The notes under the pieces: generated by a model
Database searches by the model: none
What the model was told of the DNA's origin: nothing
What the model saw: only the letters and a program-made list of their open reading frames with translations
Source of the DNA: Strigamia acuminata
Taxonomy: Eukaryota
DNA length: 64,000 nucleotides
Direction of reading: 5' to 3'
Assembly (NCBI GenBank): GCA_949358305.1
Contig: OX442314.1
Location: 30,194,001 to 30,258,000, forward strand
Shown: one piece after another, positions 41,180 to 54,225 of the stretch
Layout: every line of letters begins with the position of its first letter
Position numbering within the stretch: the stretch's first letter is position 1
Translations under genes and position numbers: made by a program

Positions 41180-44111
41180 TTAACTTATAACTGAAACGAT
41201 TCGGTTATTTACATAACTCATATGCATTTCGAGCTCCCTCTGCAAACGGTGCAACGTTTCGTTAACAAGTTCGCTCTCGGTTTGCAAATGCGACTGCAAC
41301 TCGTGTTGTATACACTTCCAGCCCGCGTCCGCCATCTCCTTCTCGCCGTCCCGGTGCTGGTCAAACTCGCGCTGCATTGCCTCGATCAAATCGACGGCGT
41401 GGCCGCGCTCCTGCTGGATGTGCGATTGGTGGCGCGTTTCCATCGATTTTATCATTTGCACGAGTTTTTTGCGCTCCAACTTGATGTGCGTTTCACGCTC
41501 GGCGAGGATGTCCTCGATGAGTTCCCTCACGCGGCTTCGGATGCGTTTGATTTGCGTCTTTTTGGCGCGGTTCAGAGCTTCGATCATGTGGCCTTGCTCG
41601 ATCCTGTCGTGCTCACGTTGCTCGGTGCGCAGCGTGTTGTGTTTGATGATGGCTTGTTTTTGTTCGAGACTGAAGTGCTCCGCTTGCTCTTTGCGCACTT
41701 GGTTTAAGGCGGTCGAGGTGAAGGTTTCTTCGAGGCTCATGTGATCGTTCTGTGTGTTACCTGCATTGAGAGGAAAATTTGCTAAGTCAAGATTATCTAC
41801 AATAAATTTGGTTTAAAGATAGAGTTAGAGGTGTGTTTTTGGTCTAACAGTTGCTTTTTTTTGTCTGAAATTCTGACAAAGAAATGACATAAATTTTACG
41901 ATGTAAAAAAACAAATAAAATTGCAGTAATCTTTCATCTAAAATGCCATTTTCTCACCTTGTCAGTCTAAACTGCTATTTTTTCAGTCTAAAATGCTATT
42001 TTTCAGTCTAAAATGTCATTTTTCAGTCTACAATGTCATTTTTCAGTCTACAATGTCATTTTTTAGTCTAAAATTATATTTTTCCATCTAAAATTATACT
42101 TTTCCATCTAAAATTGTATTTTTCCATCTAAAATTGTATTTTTCCATCTAAAATTGTATTTTTCTATCTAAAATTGTATTTTTCCATCTAAAATTGTATT
42201 TTTCCATCTAAAATTGTATTTTTCCATCTAAAATTGTATTTTTTCATCTAAAATTATATTTTTCCATCTAAAATTATATTTTTCCATCTAAAATTATATT
42301 TTTCCATCTAAAATTATATTTTTCCATCTAAAATTATATTTTTCCATCTAAAATTATATTTTTCCATCTAAAATTATATTTTTCCATCTAAAATTATATT
42401 TTTCCATCTAAAATTATATTTTTCCATCTAAAATTATATTTTTCCATCTAAAATTATATTTTTCCATCTAAAATTATATTTTTCCATCTAAAATTATATT
42501 TTTCCATCTAAAATTATATTTTTCCATCTAAAATTATATTTTTCCATCTAAAATTATATTTTTCCATCTAAAATTATATTTTTCCATCTAAAATTATATT
42601 TTTCCATCTAAAATTATATTTTTCCATCTAAAATTATATTTTTCCATCTAAAATTATATTTTTCCATCTAAAATTATATTTTTCCATCTAAAATTATATT
42701 TTTCCATCTAAAATTATATTTTTCCATCTAAAATTATATTTTTCCATCTAAAATTATATTTTTCCATCTAAAATTATATTTTTCCATCTAAAATTATATT
42801 TTTCCATCTAAAATTATATTTTTCCATCTAAAATTATATTTTTCCATCTAAAATTATATTTTTCCATCTAAAATTATATTTTTCCATCTAAAATTATATT
42901 TTTCCATCTAAAATTATATTTTTCCATCTAAAATTATATTTTTCCATCTAAAATTATATTTTTCCATCTAAAATTATATTTTTCCATCTAAAATTATATT
43001 TTTCCATCTAAAATTATATTTTTCCATCTAAAATTATATTTTTCCATCTAAAATTATATTTTTCCATCTAAAATTATATTTTTCCATCTAAAATTATATT
43101 TTTCCATCTAAAATTATATTTTTCCATCTAAAATTATATTTTTCCATCTAAAATTATATTTTTCCATCTAAAATTATATTTTTCCATCTAAAATTATATT
43201 TTTCCATCTAAAATTATATTTTTCCATCTAAAATTATATTTTTCCATCTAAAATTATATTTTTCCATCTAAAATTATATTTTTCCATCTAAAATTATATT
43301 TTTCCATCTAAAATTATATTTTTCCATCTAAAATTATATTTTTCCATCTAAAATTATATTTTTCCATCTAAAATTATATTTTTCCATCTAAAATTATATT
43401 TTTCCATCTAAAATTATATTTTTCCATCTAAAACTGCATTTCGAATATTCTCTCCACCTAAGCTTTTAATTTTCCATCCAAAATTACGTTATTGTAGTTG
43501 CGTAAAATGAAACAAGCTCATAAAAATTCATCTTCCATCGTCTCTACAAACTCACTCAAACCCGTCATAAACGCAACAGAATGTGAGAGTTCTTTCTTGC
43601 GATGCTCGTCTTGTAACTTTTGAATCCGATTCGCGGCTTCCGACTCCCGCGTCAACTCCGTATTTATATGCTCCACCTGCTGCTTCGCGATCCGTTTCAC
43701 TTGGTCCGAACTAAACTCCAAACATTTCCCATTCTTCGTCAACTTCGCCAGTACCCTTTCCCGTTCTTTCGTGCTCTGATTCTCTCTTTTTTCCTGCATT
43801 TCCCGCACGACACGGAAAGTCTTATCCCGCGCAGCTTGAGCCGTCTTTTTCAACTCGTTCCGGAAGCCGTTCATCTCGTTTATCACAAATTTCCGGTCTT
43901 TGTGCAACCGTCCGTTGAGTTCTTCGTGTATTTGCTCCATTACTCCGATCATTTGTTCACGTTCGACGTGCGAATACTTTTCGACTTTGTGCTGCGAATG
44001 GATCAGCTGTTTCATTAGATAGATTCGGTCATTTTGGGTTTGCTCGTCGATGGCTTTCCGAGTACGCTCGAGACAGGTCAGGAGCCGTTTTCGCTCATTC
44101 GTTACTGGCAT
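41180..44111 (-). CDS. Uncharacterised alpha-helical protein built of 22-aa repeats (about 378 aa if spliced)
   Basis: Two ORFs of similar composition (44111-43518 and 41740-41180). Donor TTGA|gtgagt at 43556 and acceptor tgcag|GT at 41760 are both phase 1 and join them in frame. They could instead be two paralogous genes. Confidence 0.7.
41960..43435. repeat. 20-bp minisatellite (aaattatatttttccatcta), about 70 copies
   Basis: Homogeneous tandem array with diverged variants at the left edge. Confidence 0.98.
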
Positions 44112-44584
44112 GATTTGATCCGGTGTTGGTTTCAGATAGCAGAGAATTCTGTGGTGGAAGTAATGGATGAATATTCATTTGTTTGTTGTTTCGCTCGTTT
44201 TTTTGTTTTGCTTACTTTCGGACAACAAACTTTGCATGTTAATTGTGTAACATTGTGGTTTAAAACTAGGCGTGAAAAGTAATGTAAAGTAAAATGGTAT
44301 ATTCACAAAAATTGAAACATTTCATCAGCATCCCTAAATGTATTGTATTGTTAATCTGGGTGTATTGCAGAGACGACTCTTGGGAGATGTGGGAATGAGA
44401 TATTGTTCGGGTTGTGACGCTTTTGCATTAGGTAGGAGTTAGGACAGTCGTGTGTATGGTATGGATGGGTTTTTTCGAGAGGTTACAAGAATTTTTCACC
44501 AACTTTCGCGGATTGTTCATCAATTTTTTGGAATTCTTCCGGAATTTTAGAGAACTCTCACAAATTTTTGCGTTTGAGAGGAAG

Positions 44585-45010
44585 ATTTTGCGAGATTATA
44601 CTCGATTTTGCGATATTAAGTTAGATTTTGCGATATTATACTAGATTTTGCGATATTATACTAGATTTTGCGATATTATACTAGATTTTGCGATATTAAA
44701 CTAGATTTTGCGATATTAAACTAGATTTGCGATATTAAACTAGATTTTGCGATATTAAACTAGATTTTGCGATATTATACTAGATTTTGCGATATTATAC
44801 TAGATTTTGCGATATTAAACTAGATTTTGCGATATTAAACTAGATTTGCGATATTAAACTAGATTTTGCGATATTAAACTAGATTTTGCGATATTAAACT
44901 AGATTTTGCTATATTAAACTAGATTTTGCGATATTAAACTAGATTTTGCGATATTAAACTAGATTTTGCGATATTAAAATAGATTTTGCGATATTTTGCG
45001 AAATTTTGCG
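44585..45010. repeat. 20-bp minisatellite (ctagattttgcgatatta(a/t)a)
   Basis: Visible tandem array of about 20 copies. Confidence 0.95.
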
Positions 45011-45506
45011 ATGGTCTGAAACAGTTCTCCTTCAGAAGAATAAACTGTTTAATTTTTAAACTAAATAAATGGTGCTCTACAAGGTTTTTGCTGTTTTTGC
45101 TGTTTATATACACCAATAAACACAGAAACGGAAACCTGCTGAAATACACCTGCTGTCATATATCTTGTTTAATACAAATCTACACATCTAAGCTTTAACA
45201 TACAATCGCATGTTGATCGTGGAACGAGTAGTCAAAATGACGTCACTCACAGCGCTCGCAACTCGCAGATCTTGCTTGCGTTCTCATCGAATCATCATCA
45301 TTTCTCTTATTACAGTTTTTATTTATTTTTCAACAATCTACATAAGTTTCGTTAATTTCTCTTATTTCTTCTTCACTCAAACCGTGCGGCTTTAACCTCA
45401 TCCAGTCTACGTTAACCTGGTGCGGTTCGGGTGCTTTGACTGCGTATATAAAATAATGAAACAGGAAACTCCTGATGCAAAAACTCGCGTCGCGGCAATC
45501 AATAAA

Positions 45507-47365
45507 TCAAAGGCTGAAAAACCTTTCCATTAGCGGCTGAGAAGTGAACTGGCTGAAGACCGCGAACACTTGGTAAGCAACACAACGGCAAAGTTGCCTG
45601 AACACCGTTCCGTCGTCCGCCGAAACATTCCTCGCAGTAATAAGTTGCAAGAAATGCGCATCCAGCTTGCCAGCTTCAAAACTATCGATAATTTGCGACA
45701 TTTTGTCAAAACTGGTCAACACCCTTCTCAGTCTGCCATTGGTCAGCGTCAACACCGCCCTCATGTTATCCGCCGCTTTGCCGAAACAAGACGACAGCGC
45801 GGACAAACTTACAAACTTTCTTGCAAGTCGGATGGAACCTCTTGACTCATTCCTTCGAGCGCAACGTCGTGACGACACAGCCAAATGAGGAATCTGACGC
45901 TTAAGTGGGATGGATCCCTTCGCAATATCCGTAAAGTGTTTAATGAGAACCGATTTCTTAAGCTTCTTCATTTCCTCCGCGTTTGAAAAAGAAAAAGCCA
46001 GGAATCTGTCGAGGTTCGCCCACGCGCTCTTGTCCGCTTTCTCTTGAAGAATATTGCGACAGATGTTGAAGGCAAAGTAGGAACAATGCGTCTTAAAGAT
46101 CTCCATTTCTTCCTTGCTCGTTATATACGTTTTTGCCACCAACTCGAAAAAATCCCAACGGATATATTTCATGTCGTAACAGAACTAACTCGCGCAAAGC
46201 TTGCACAAACCTGCACAAAATCCTCCGTCTCCGCTTGACACTCAAATCGTTCAGCAATAAATGGACGTTGTCCATATCTTGTGCCTTGCACACCATGTAC
46301 AAGAGAAACAAATGCACTTGGCCGTATCCACATTTCTCCAGAAACTAAACAAACAAGCGTGACATGAATAAAATTCAGAAATTGCGCAAATCATGTCGGA
46401 AAAGTCCTCTGCCGACGCAATCACATTCAGAATGCGGCTTGACGTGGGCGCGAACGACTCCACGTCCGAAAACTGCACGAGCAAAGGTATGACACATCTC
46501 AATCCGTAGTCCGAATACAAAACGGCCCTCAATTGTCGTTCGTCCATTTCGGCAAGCAGAAAGCTCGTTGTGCCGGTCTCGAAAGTGCAGGAATAATGGT
46601 CCCTGTAATGGCATTGGAAGCGATTAATCAAAGTTTCCAATGCACTGTTGCTTCGGACCAGTTTGTTTTGTCGAGCATTTCATTTCTTTCGTTCGGACTC
46701 ATGAGCGACCAGAAGTACTCGACGGCGCATTGGTTTACTTCTATGTGTTTGATGGACATTAGAATCATTTCCTTTTTCTCGTTCAAAGTCGAAGAGTCGC
46801 TTTTCATCGTCACCCTTTTCCAATATGAATACATCATGTCTTTCAAGTATGACTTCTTTTTCCTGTCAAAACTTATTTTCAAAATGTCGGCATGTTCGTT
46901 CCAAATATCAGCGATGACGTCGACGACGCAACACACGATGGCGACGTCGAATCTGGATTTGATTTCCAAACTTTGCAGTTGCGCAACAACTCGTGCGCTC
47001 TTTGCCACGTCTAATTGACCGTGTATTGTCCATCTTGTAGATTGGATGATGGATTCCACAAATCTTCCCCTCACAAAGCTGGTGAAAATGAACACTTGGT
47101 TGCTGATTAAGAATTTAAGCAAATCCCACAACTGCTTTGCGACATGTTTAACCAAAGAGTTGAGCATTGGTTTTAAATTGACAGGAATGATCAAAGCATC
47201 TACTCGGAGACAAACTGATTTTTCAAAGTCTATCCATTCCTTGTGCAGGTCAGCATTCATTATCTCGCATTTAGTCTGAAACATGGTATTGGACTTCCAC
47301 AGAAGAACCGCCGTGTTCACTAAAGAAATGTGTTCTAGACTCGGTAAGTCTAGAACGGTTCTCAT
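45507..47365 (-). pseudogene. Frameshifted gene for a ~620-aa helical protein of unknown family, with no coding introns
   Basis: Four overlapping protein-like ORFs (47371-46628, 46640-46251, 46317-46093, 46172-45507) in shifting frames with no room for introns; frameshifts near 46660, 46330 and 46185; splice acceptor ttctag just upstream of ATG 47365. Confidence 0.7.
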
Positions 47366-48475
47366 GTTCAATTCTAGAAAACAAAATCAAAAATAAAATC
47401 GCTTTCGTGCTAGATAATAACATAATTTAAAAAAATGTAATGTTGTACCGTAAATTTAGGAAATTGGGAAATTCCAAATGGACTTGCTTCATCAATTATG
47501 TGACTTCATTCCGATTCCGACCTGTCATCAAGAGTTGTAACCGATTAATTTTTTAATTGTAAAACAGCAATACCGAGTATTTATTATTACCTCAAAACAG
47601 CTGTTGTCATGGTACAAACAAAGATGGCGGGGTGAAAGCTCGGTGAACGCTCGGTGAACAGATAACAAATCTTGAAAGGAGACCTCGTTAAAAAAAAACC
47701 GGTTTTCTTCCAACACGAACACAATAAACCTAGGTTTATTGTGTTCGTGGTTCAATACTTTGCAGAGTGGAGAGTGGAGACAGAAATTGGACACTGGGCG
47801 AACGGATAATGAAATTCTGGAACCCAACAGGAAAAAACGGAAACGGAAAAAATAAAAACGAACATTAGCGCCATCTTTTGTCGTGTTTTGGATAATTTTA
47901 ATGTATTTTCGAGCCCTCTTTTATCGTGTTTTGTCAGTTTTCTTTGGTTTTTATCATATTTGTATGTGTTTTTGTGAGAAAACAGAGAAAAGTAGACAAA
48001 AATTTGACACGGGAAGACCGAATAAGGACAGAAAAAAACAAAAACGGATATTCGGGCCTTCTTTTGTCGTGATAATGAGTGATTATAATTTATTTTCGGG
48101 CCATCTATCGACGCATTTTGTCATTTCTTGGGTGTTTATACCAACAATAAATCTCGTGCGTGTGCACATCGGGCGTAATTTTTCTTGTTTTCGGCTTCAC
48201 TTCGTTGTGTTTCCATCTTTTTCGGCATGTAGACGCCTAAACTGGGCATTGAATAGGACCCCCCATGACCCCCAAAATGCGTGTCCTATTCACTGACGTC
48301 TTCGGACACTAAAGCAAATGGCAGAGTAATGTTGGACGACATTGAACACTTGGTTTTATTCAATTCGGTCTGAGTCAGACAAGATGACCAGCAATTTATC
48401 AAATCTAAGTTATTATAAATCAATAATTCTTTCCTAATCTTTTCCAACTAATCAATTCGATCAATTAAAATCCAG

Positions 48476-48600
48476 TTTACCCCCTTGACGAAATCACACA
48501 AAGCATCTACGAATCTCCTTCAAAGGGTCCCAGTAGAACGTGTGAAAGACCAATAATGCTCACACCGATAACCAGAGGTAAAACGGAAACGGAAACAAAC

Positions 48601-48631
<31 letters not shown>

Positions 48632-50815
48632 ATAAAATTAAATTAAAAAATTTAAAATAATACTAGATTTTAATCCGGACGGGGGTTTGAAGCTAAACAT
48701 GACACCAAAATCGATCTTCATCCCGACACCGGACACTTGCAGGAAAGAGAGCGTGAAAAGACCGGCCACGCCGTTCGGTTCTTCGTGCACGCCGTTCGGT
48801 TCGACGTGCACGCCGTTCGGGTCGTCGTCGACGAACACCGAGAGCGAGAAGGCGGCGATTCCGCCGGCGATGACACCGAGGCTTCCGCGCTCATCTGCGG
48901 TTTCGGTGCTGAAGATGAACAAGACGCGGCGCGCCCGTTCGGCGATTGAACATATCGAGGATGAGAACCGACTGCGCGGGGGCGCGACGATCGTGGCCAA
49001 GTTGCCGTACTCGAGGTGTCTGGACGGGGGCAGTCGGAGGCATCATTTGGGCAACGTGCGGATGCGCAAAGGGGAGACGACGACGAAGTGTTCGAGCGAC
49101 GTGGCGTCGATGTCGAGTGTTTCGTCTACTCCGAGGCCGCAGCTGCTGAGTTTGGGCAGCACTCGGGTTCGGGCGACGAGCAGTAGTGGACAGAGCAGTA
49201 GTGAGAAGGGTTGTTGTCCGTATCACATCAGGGTGAGGAAAAGAAACACGACGACGGATTCGAATGGGGTGCAGGATGCGGAGGTGGTGGTTACTGCTCC
49301 CAGGTGCAGGTAGTGTGACACATTTTTCTCTTTTCTTATTTTTTTTAGTGTCGAGTTGTTAGTTTTTAGTGTGATTTAGCCAGTTTTTGTTTAATTTAGC
49401 GAGTTTTTGTCTGATTTAGCCAGTTTTTAGTGCGATTTGCCCGTTTTTTATGTGATTTAGCCAGTTTCTGTGATTTAGCCAGTTTTTCGTGTGATTTAGC
49501 GAGTTTTTGTCTGATTTAGCCAGTTTGCCAGTTTTTTGTGTGATTTGTCATGTTAAGTGTAATTAGCCAGTTTTTAGTGTAATTAACCAGTTTTCGTGTG
49601 ATTTAGCGAGTTTTTGTCTGATTTAGCCAGTTTTTTGTGTGATTTAGCCAGTTTTTAGTGTGATTAGCCAGTTTTTAGTGTGATTAGCCAGTTTTTAGTG
49701 TGATTTAGCCCGTTTTTGTGTGATTTAGCGAGTTTTTGTCTGATTTAGCCCGTTTTTAGTGTGATTTAGCCAATTTTAGTGTGATTTAGCCAGTTTTTAG
49801 TGTGATTTAGCAGGTTTTTTTCTGATTTAGCGAGTTTTTGTCTGATTTAGCCCGTTTTTAGTGTGATTTAGCCAATTTTGAGTGTGATTTAGCCACTTAT
49901 TAATATTATTTCGCCACTTATTACTAGCATTTCGCTATTTTTTCGACTTTTTAGTCAAACTTTGACAATTTTGAAACTCGTATGATGTTTTTTGTCAGCA
50001 GATGTTCCGAAGGAAACTCCATCGCACGTGCCCACTCGGCGCTCTCAGCCAACACCTCAGCCCTGACCAACAAGCCGCCAACATCATCCCGTCTTCCGCA
50101 CGCGCCCAAAAGAGCCCTCTCCATCGAAGACGCCATCATCCAACTCTCCAAGCGGTCCAACTCGCCCCCGTCGGAGTTCACCGGATCATCGTCCAGTTCC
50201 TCCAACCACAAGAAACTCGTTCACCGCACCCTTTCGACGAACCGAATAACGGACGAGTTGCGCGCCAAACTGGGCCTCACCCCTCCACACAAGAAGAGCG
50301 TGCAATCCAAACCGAGTGGTCAACTCCTGACCCCGTACAAACGACCCGGGTCGTTCGAAAGGATCATGAACGGTCACGCGATCGGCACCCAGACGGTGAT
50401 CCAGACCAACTTGCCAACGCGCTCGTACTCGGACAGCCAACTGGACCTCATATCGAAGAGCAAGATCAGGTGCAGTCGGTGTTTACACCAGTGTCCACTC
50501 GACGAGGGCACGTTCACGTGCGACACGTGCATCGAGGTGCAGCGCGTGAAAAACGCGTTTGTTATCGAGATATTTTCGGACCGTCCGGGCTGCGAGGAGG
50601 CGAAGCCGGAGCAGATGACGTGTTACGGGGTTCGGGTCGGTGCGGGCCTGTTGCCTGTGGTTGTGATGTTTATGTCGTTGATTCTGTGCTCGGTGGTTTT
50701 GTTGTCGGATTCGGTTATGTCGAACGTGTGCGGCCATTATTGCAACTTGCCGACCGTTCTGGATGCTTCGTCGCCGCGTGCTTCCGTTTGGGGCTGGCTG
50801 GATCCGTATAATTGA
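48476..50815 (+). CDS. Uncharacterised Ser/Pro/Arg-rich protein with a Cys cluster and a C-terminal transmembrane helix
   Basis: In-phase exons 48476-48577, 48667-49309 and 50002-50815; GC-rich coding-like composition; CSRCLHQC...TCDTC motif, then hydrophobic LLPVVVMFMSLILCSVVLL. Start uncertain (ATG 48699 or further upstream). Confidence 0.7.
49355..49895. repeat. Degenerate ~21-bp minisatellite (gtgatttagccagtttttagt) filling an intron
   Basis: Visible tandem array. Confidence 0.92.
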
Positions 50816-51179
50816 CGGTTTGACGTGTGGATTTTTTTATTGTGAGGGTTTTGTCTAAATTTAAGTGGTTTTTGTTGTTGTTTTATTTAAATTGTTAATG
50901 TGGATATTTTTTTTTTTTTTTTTTAAATCGAATTACGTCGAATTTGCTATATGGGGTCTTGTAAATTTATTAAAAATTTGTTTATTACTAAAGATTATAT
51001 GAATAAAGTTACACAAAAAGTTTCTTTTATTTCTTGTGTTTTGTTTGGGGTGGTTTGGAAAAGGTGGTGTGTTGACGGAATAAAAGTGAGAAGAAGTGAG
51101 GTCAATATTGATTTAATAATACATTAATATGTGCCGTTAGAGAGATTGTTTACGTGTTCTAAATCTTACAACATCACGT

Positions 51180-51810
51180 AAAAATTTTACGAAATCTGGA
51201 ACAATTTGCTGAAAATTGGAACTGATGAATTGGAATTGCTGAATTGCTGAATTGGAATTGCTGAAAATTTAATGAAAATTGAAAAAATTTAATGAAAATT
51301 GGAACAATTTGCTGAAATTTGCTGAAAATTGGGACAATTTGCTGAAAATTGAAACTGCTGAATTGGAATTGCTAAATTGCTGAATTGGAATTGCTGAAAA
51401 TTTAATGAAAACTGGAAAAATTTAGCGAAAATTTGAAAAATTTAATGAAAATTGGAACAATTTGCTGAAAATTTAATGAAAACTGGAAAAATTTAGCGAA
51501 AATTTGAAAAATTTAATGAAAATTGGAACAATTTGCTGAAAATTTAATGAAAACTGGAACAATTTGCTGAAATTTAATGAAAATTGGAACAATTGGCTAA
51601 AAATTTAATGTAAACTGGAAAAATTTAGTGAAAATTTTACGAAGTCTGGAACAATTTGCTGAAATTTAATGAAAACTGGAACAATTTCCTGAAATTTAAT
51701 GAAAACTGGAACAATTTGCTGAAATTTAATAAAAACTGGAACAATTTGCTGAAAAGTTAATGAAAACTGGAACAATTTAATGAAAATTTAATGAAAACTT
51801 TAACGAAAAT
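51180..51810. repeat. Degenerate ~10/31-bp periodic repeat (aaaatttaatgaaaactggaacaatttgctg)
   Basis: Visible tandem array abutting the NF-YA-like stop codon. Confidence 0.9.
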
Positions 51811-52323
51811 TTAATAAAAACCAACTTTAACTGTCTCAACCTTAACTTTCTTATCCGGCACCGCGTCAAACCGACCCTTAGCATTTCTCTTTCTCTTCAC
51901 CGCATGCGAATGTCGCGATTCGTGCATATATTTCTTCCGAACCAACGATATCTTCCCCATGGCTACCAACTTCTCCCTAGCTTCCCTCCTCTTCAAAATC
52001 CTATAATACTGCCTCGAATTCACATACACATCTGGATCTTCCGGCAATCCACTCGGATTCGGTATCGCCATCTTCGGCAAATTTTTCACTTCAGGAATCA
52101 CAACCGGAACCTGATAAATCCACGCTTGTCCGTCGGCGCCATGATAAACCACTTGCTGCTGTCCTCTCTGGTCAATTTTCCCAACTACTTGCCCGTTTTT
52201 ATCGCAAAAATAAAGCTCGTTGCCTGAATTAAATATTTGTCCACAAAACCTTCCGTTTTCTTCCGTTTTGATTGGCACAACGCATTGTTTGGGTGCAATA
52301 TTCAACGCTTCCATGCCTTCCAT
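51811..52323 (-). CDS. Divergent NF-YA (CBF-B/HAP2)-domain protein, intronless, 170 aa
   Basis: VYVNSRQYYRILKRREAREKL...KKYMHESRHSHAVKRKRNAKGRF matches the NF-YA core YVNAKQYHRILKRRQARAKL...YLHESRHRHAMARKRGEGGRF. Confidence 0.9.
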   Translation of the reverse strand: MEGMEALNIAPKQCVVPIKTEENGRFCGQIFNSGNELYFCDKNGQVVGKIDQRGQQQVVYHGADGQAWIYQVPVVIPEVKNLPKMAIPNPSGLPEDPDVYVNSRQYYRILKRREAREKLVAMGKISLVRKKYMHESRHSHAVKRKRNAKGRFDAVPDKKVKVETVKVGFY

Positions 52324-52442
52324 GCTGACAAACGACGGAAAGAACTAAATTAGCACAACTTCCTGTTTAAATATCAATCCCCGAACGTCACCGAAACGTC
52401 ATAAGACGCGTCTAAAACGTTCGCAACCGCTGCTGTATTTAA

Positions 52443-53090
<648 letters not shown>

Positions 53091-54225
53091 TGGTAAAATA
53101 ACAAGTGTTAGTTTGATTTAATTACACATCATTTCTTTTATTTCCTATATATTGAATAAATAAATACATTTTTCAATCAACGTCGCAACGAAACATTTAT
53201 TTTTTGTGTTCCGTCTTGCTTTAACATTTAAATTTCGCGCGCAAGTCACGTGTGGATTTTGCATGTACGCCATTGGCCACTCTCGTACGAAGGCTTTCAT
53301 GGATCATCCACAATATCAATATTGTTTATTGATTTAAAGTGTAAGTGAAATAGCCAAATTTATGAATGAAAAAATCTTGAATTCAATTTAATTAAATACA
53401 ATTCAATAAATTTTAAATAAATTAAAGCGTAAATCAATTTTTATTATCATATATTTTTAATTTGCATTAAATTTCAGTGATTTACATCAAAATCACATTT
53501 TTTTTCCTTAGTTTTTCCTATCAAAATTTCAATTTATACACTTTTCAATGATTTCTATTGCGCAGAATGTCATTAACCCACTCTCATTTCCTCGTCCTCG
53601 ATCGATGCAATAAGTCTCACCGACAGAGTCAGCTAACCGACAAAATACAGAGGGTAAACTCAAGGTCAAACGACAGTCCTTGCTGCTACTGCCCTCTACA
53701 ATTTCTCCCGTTCCATCTTTTGGCAACATCCAAGGATGAATGACGTCACGGAGAAATGTAAGCATAGCCATCATCTTGATGCTGTAGAGAAGATGGAGCA
53801 TGATGCATTGCTATTAAAAATGAAGCTTGCTCAGCTGGTATCTCTTAATTGACTGAGTTTTAGGTAAGACACTTGCAAACACAAACACTAAACAACTCCT
53901 AATAACAACTTAAAACGACATAAATGATTTATAATGCACAAACTGACAACTCAAACATGTGTTAACCCTAATCCCATCTGCAATGTGCCAACATCTGCTC
54001 AATTTCATCCATTTTTAATGAATTTCGCTCATTTTTCCAATCAATTCAGGTGTATAAATGGTGCCAAAATGGAATTGGAATCCCAAGGAAGAGCGATTAA
54101 CCTGAAACGAAGTTTATTCTGTAAGTTACGTGCATAATAATCAAATTTAAAAATTAAAAATTAAAAACTAAAATAACATTTTAAATTATATTGCAGGAAA
54201 ACGTGGAATAAAATTGAAATCCAAC

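Noticed and set aside
41960..43435. Regular short repeats as a possible CRISPR array
   Set aside because: Head-to-tail units with no unique spacers, no cas genes, and a eukaryotic context.
41222..44282. Plus-strand ORFs antisense to the 22-aa repeat gene (also those opposite ZFYVE1 and the 48-50 kb gene)
   Set aside because: Shadow ORFs expected opposite GC-rich coding exons; no recognisable motifs.
50640..50815. KASH domain in the tail-anchored orphan protein
   Set aside because: Topology is similar, but the tail ends in DPYN rather than the PPPX motif.
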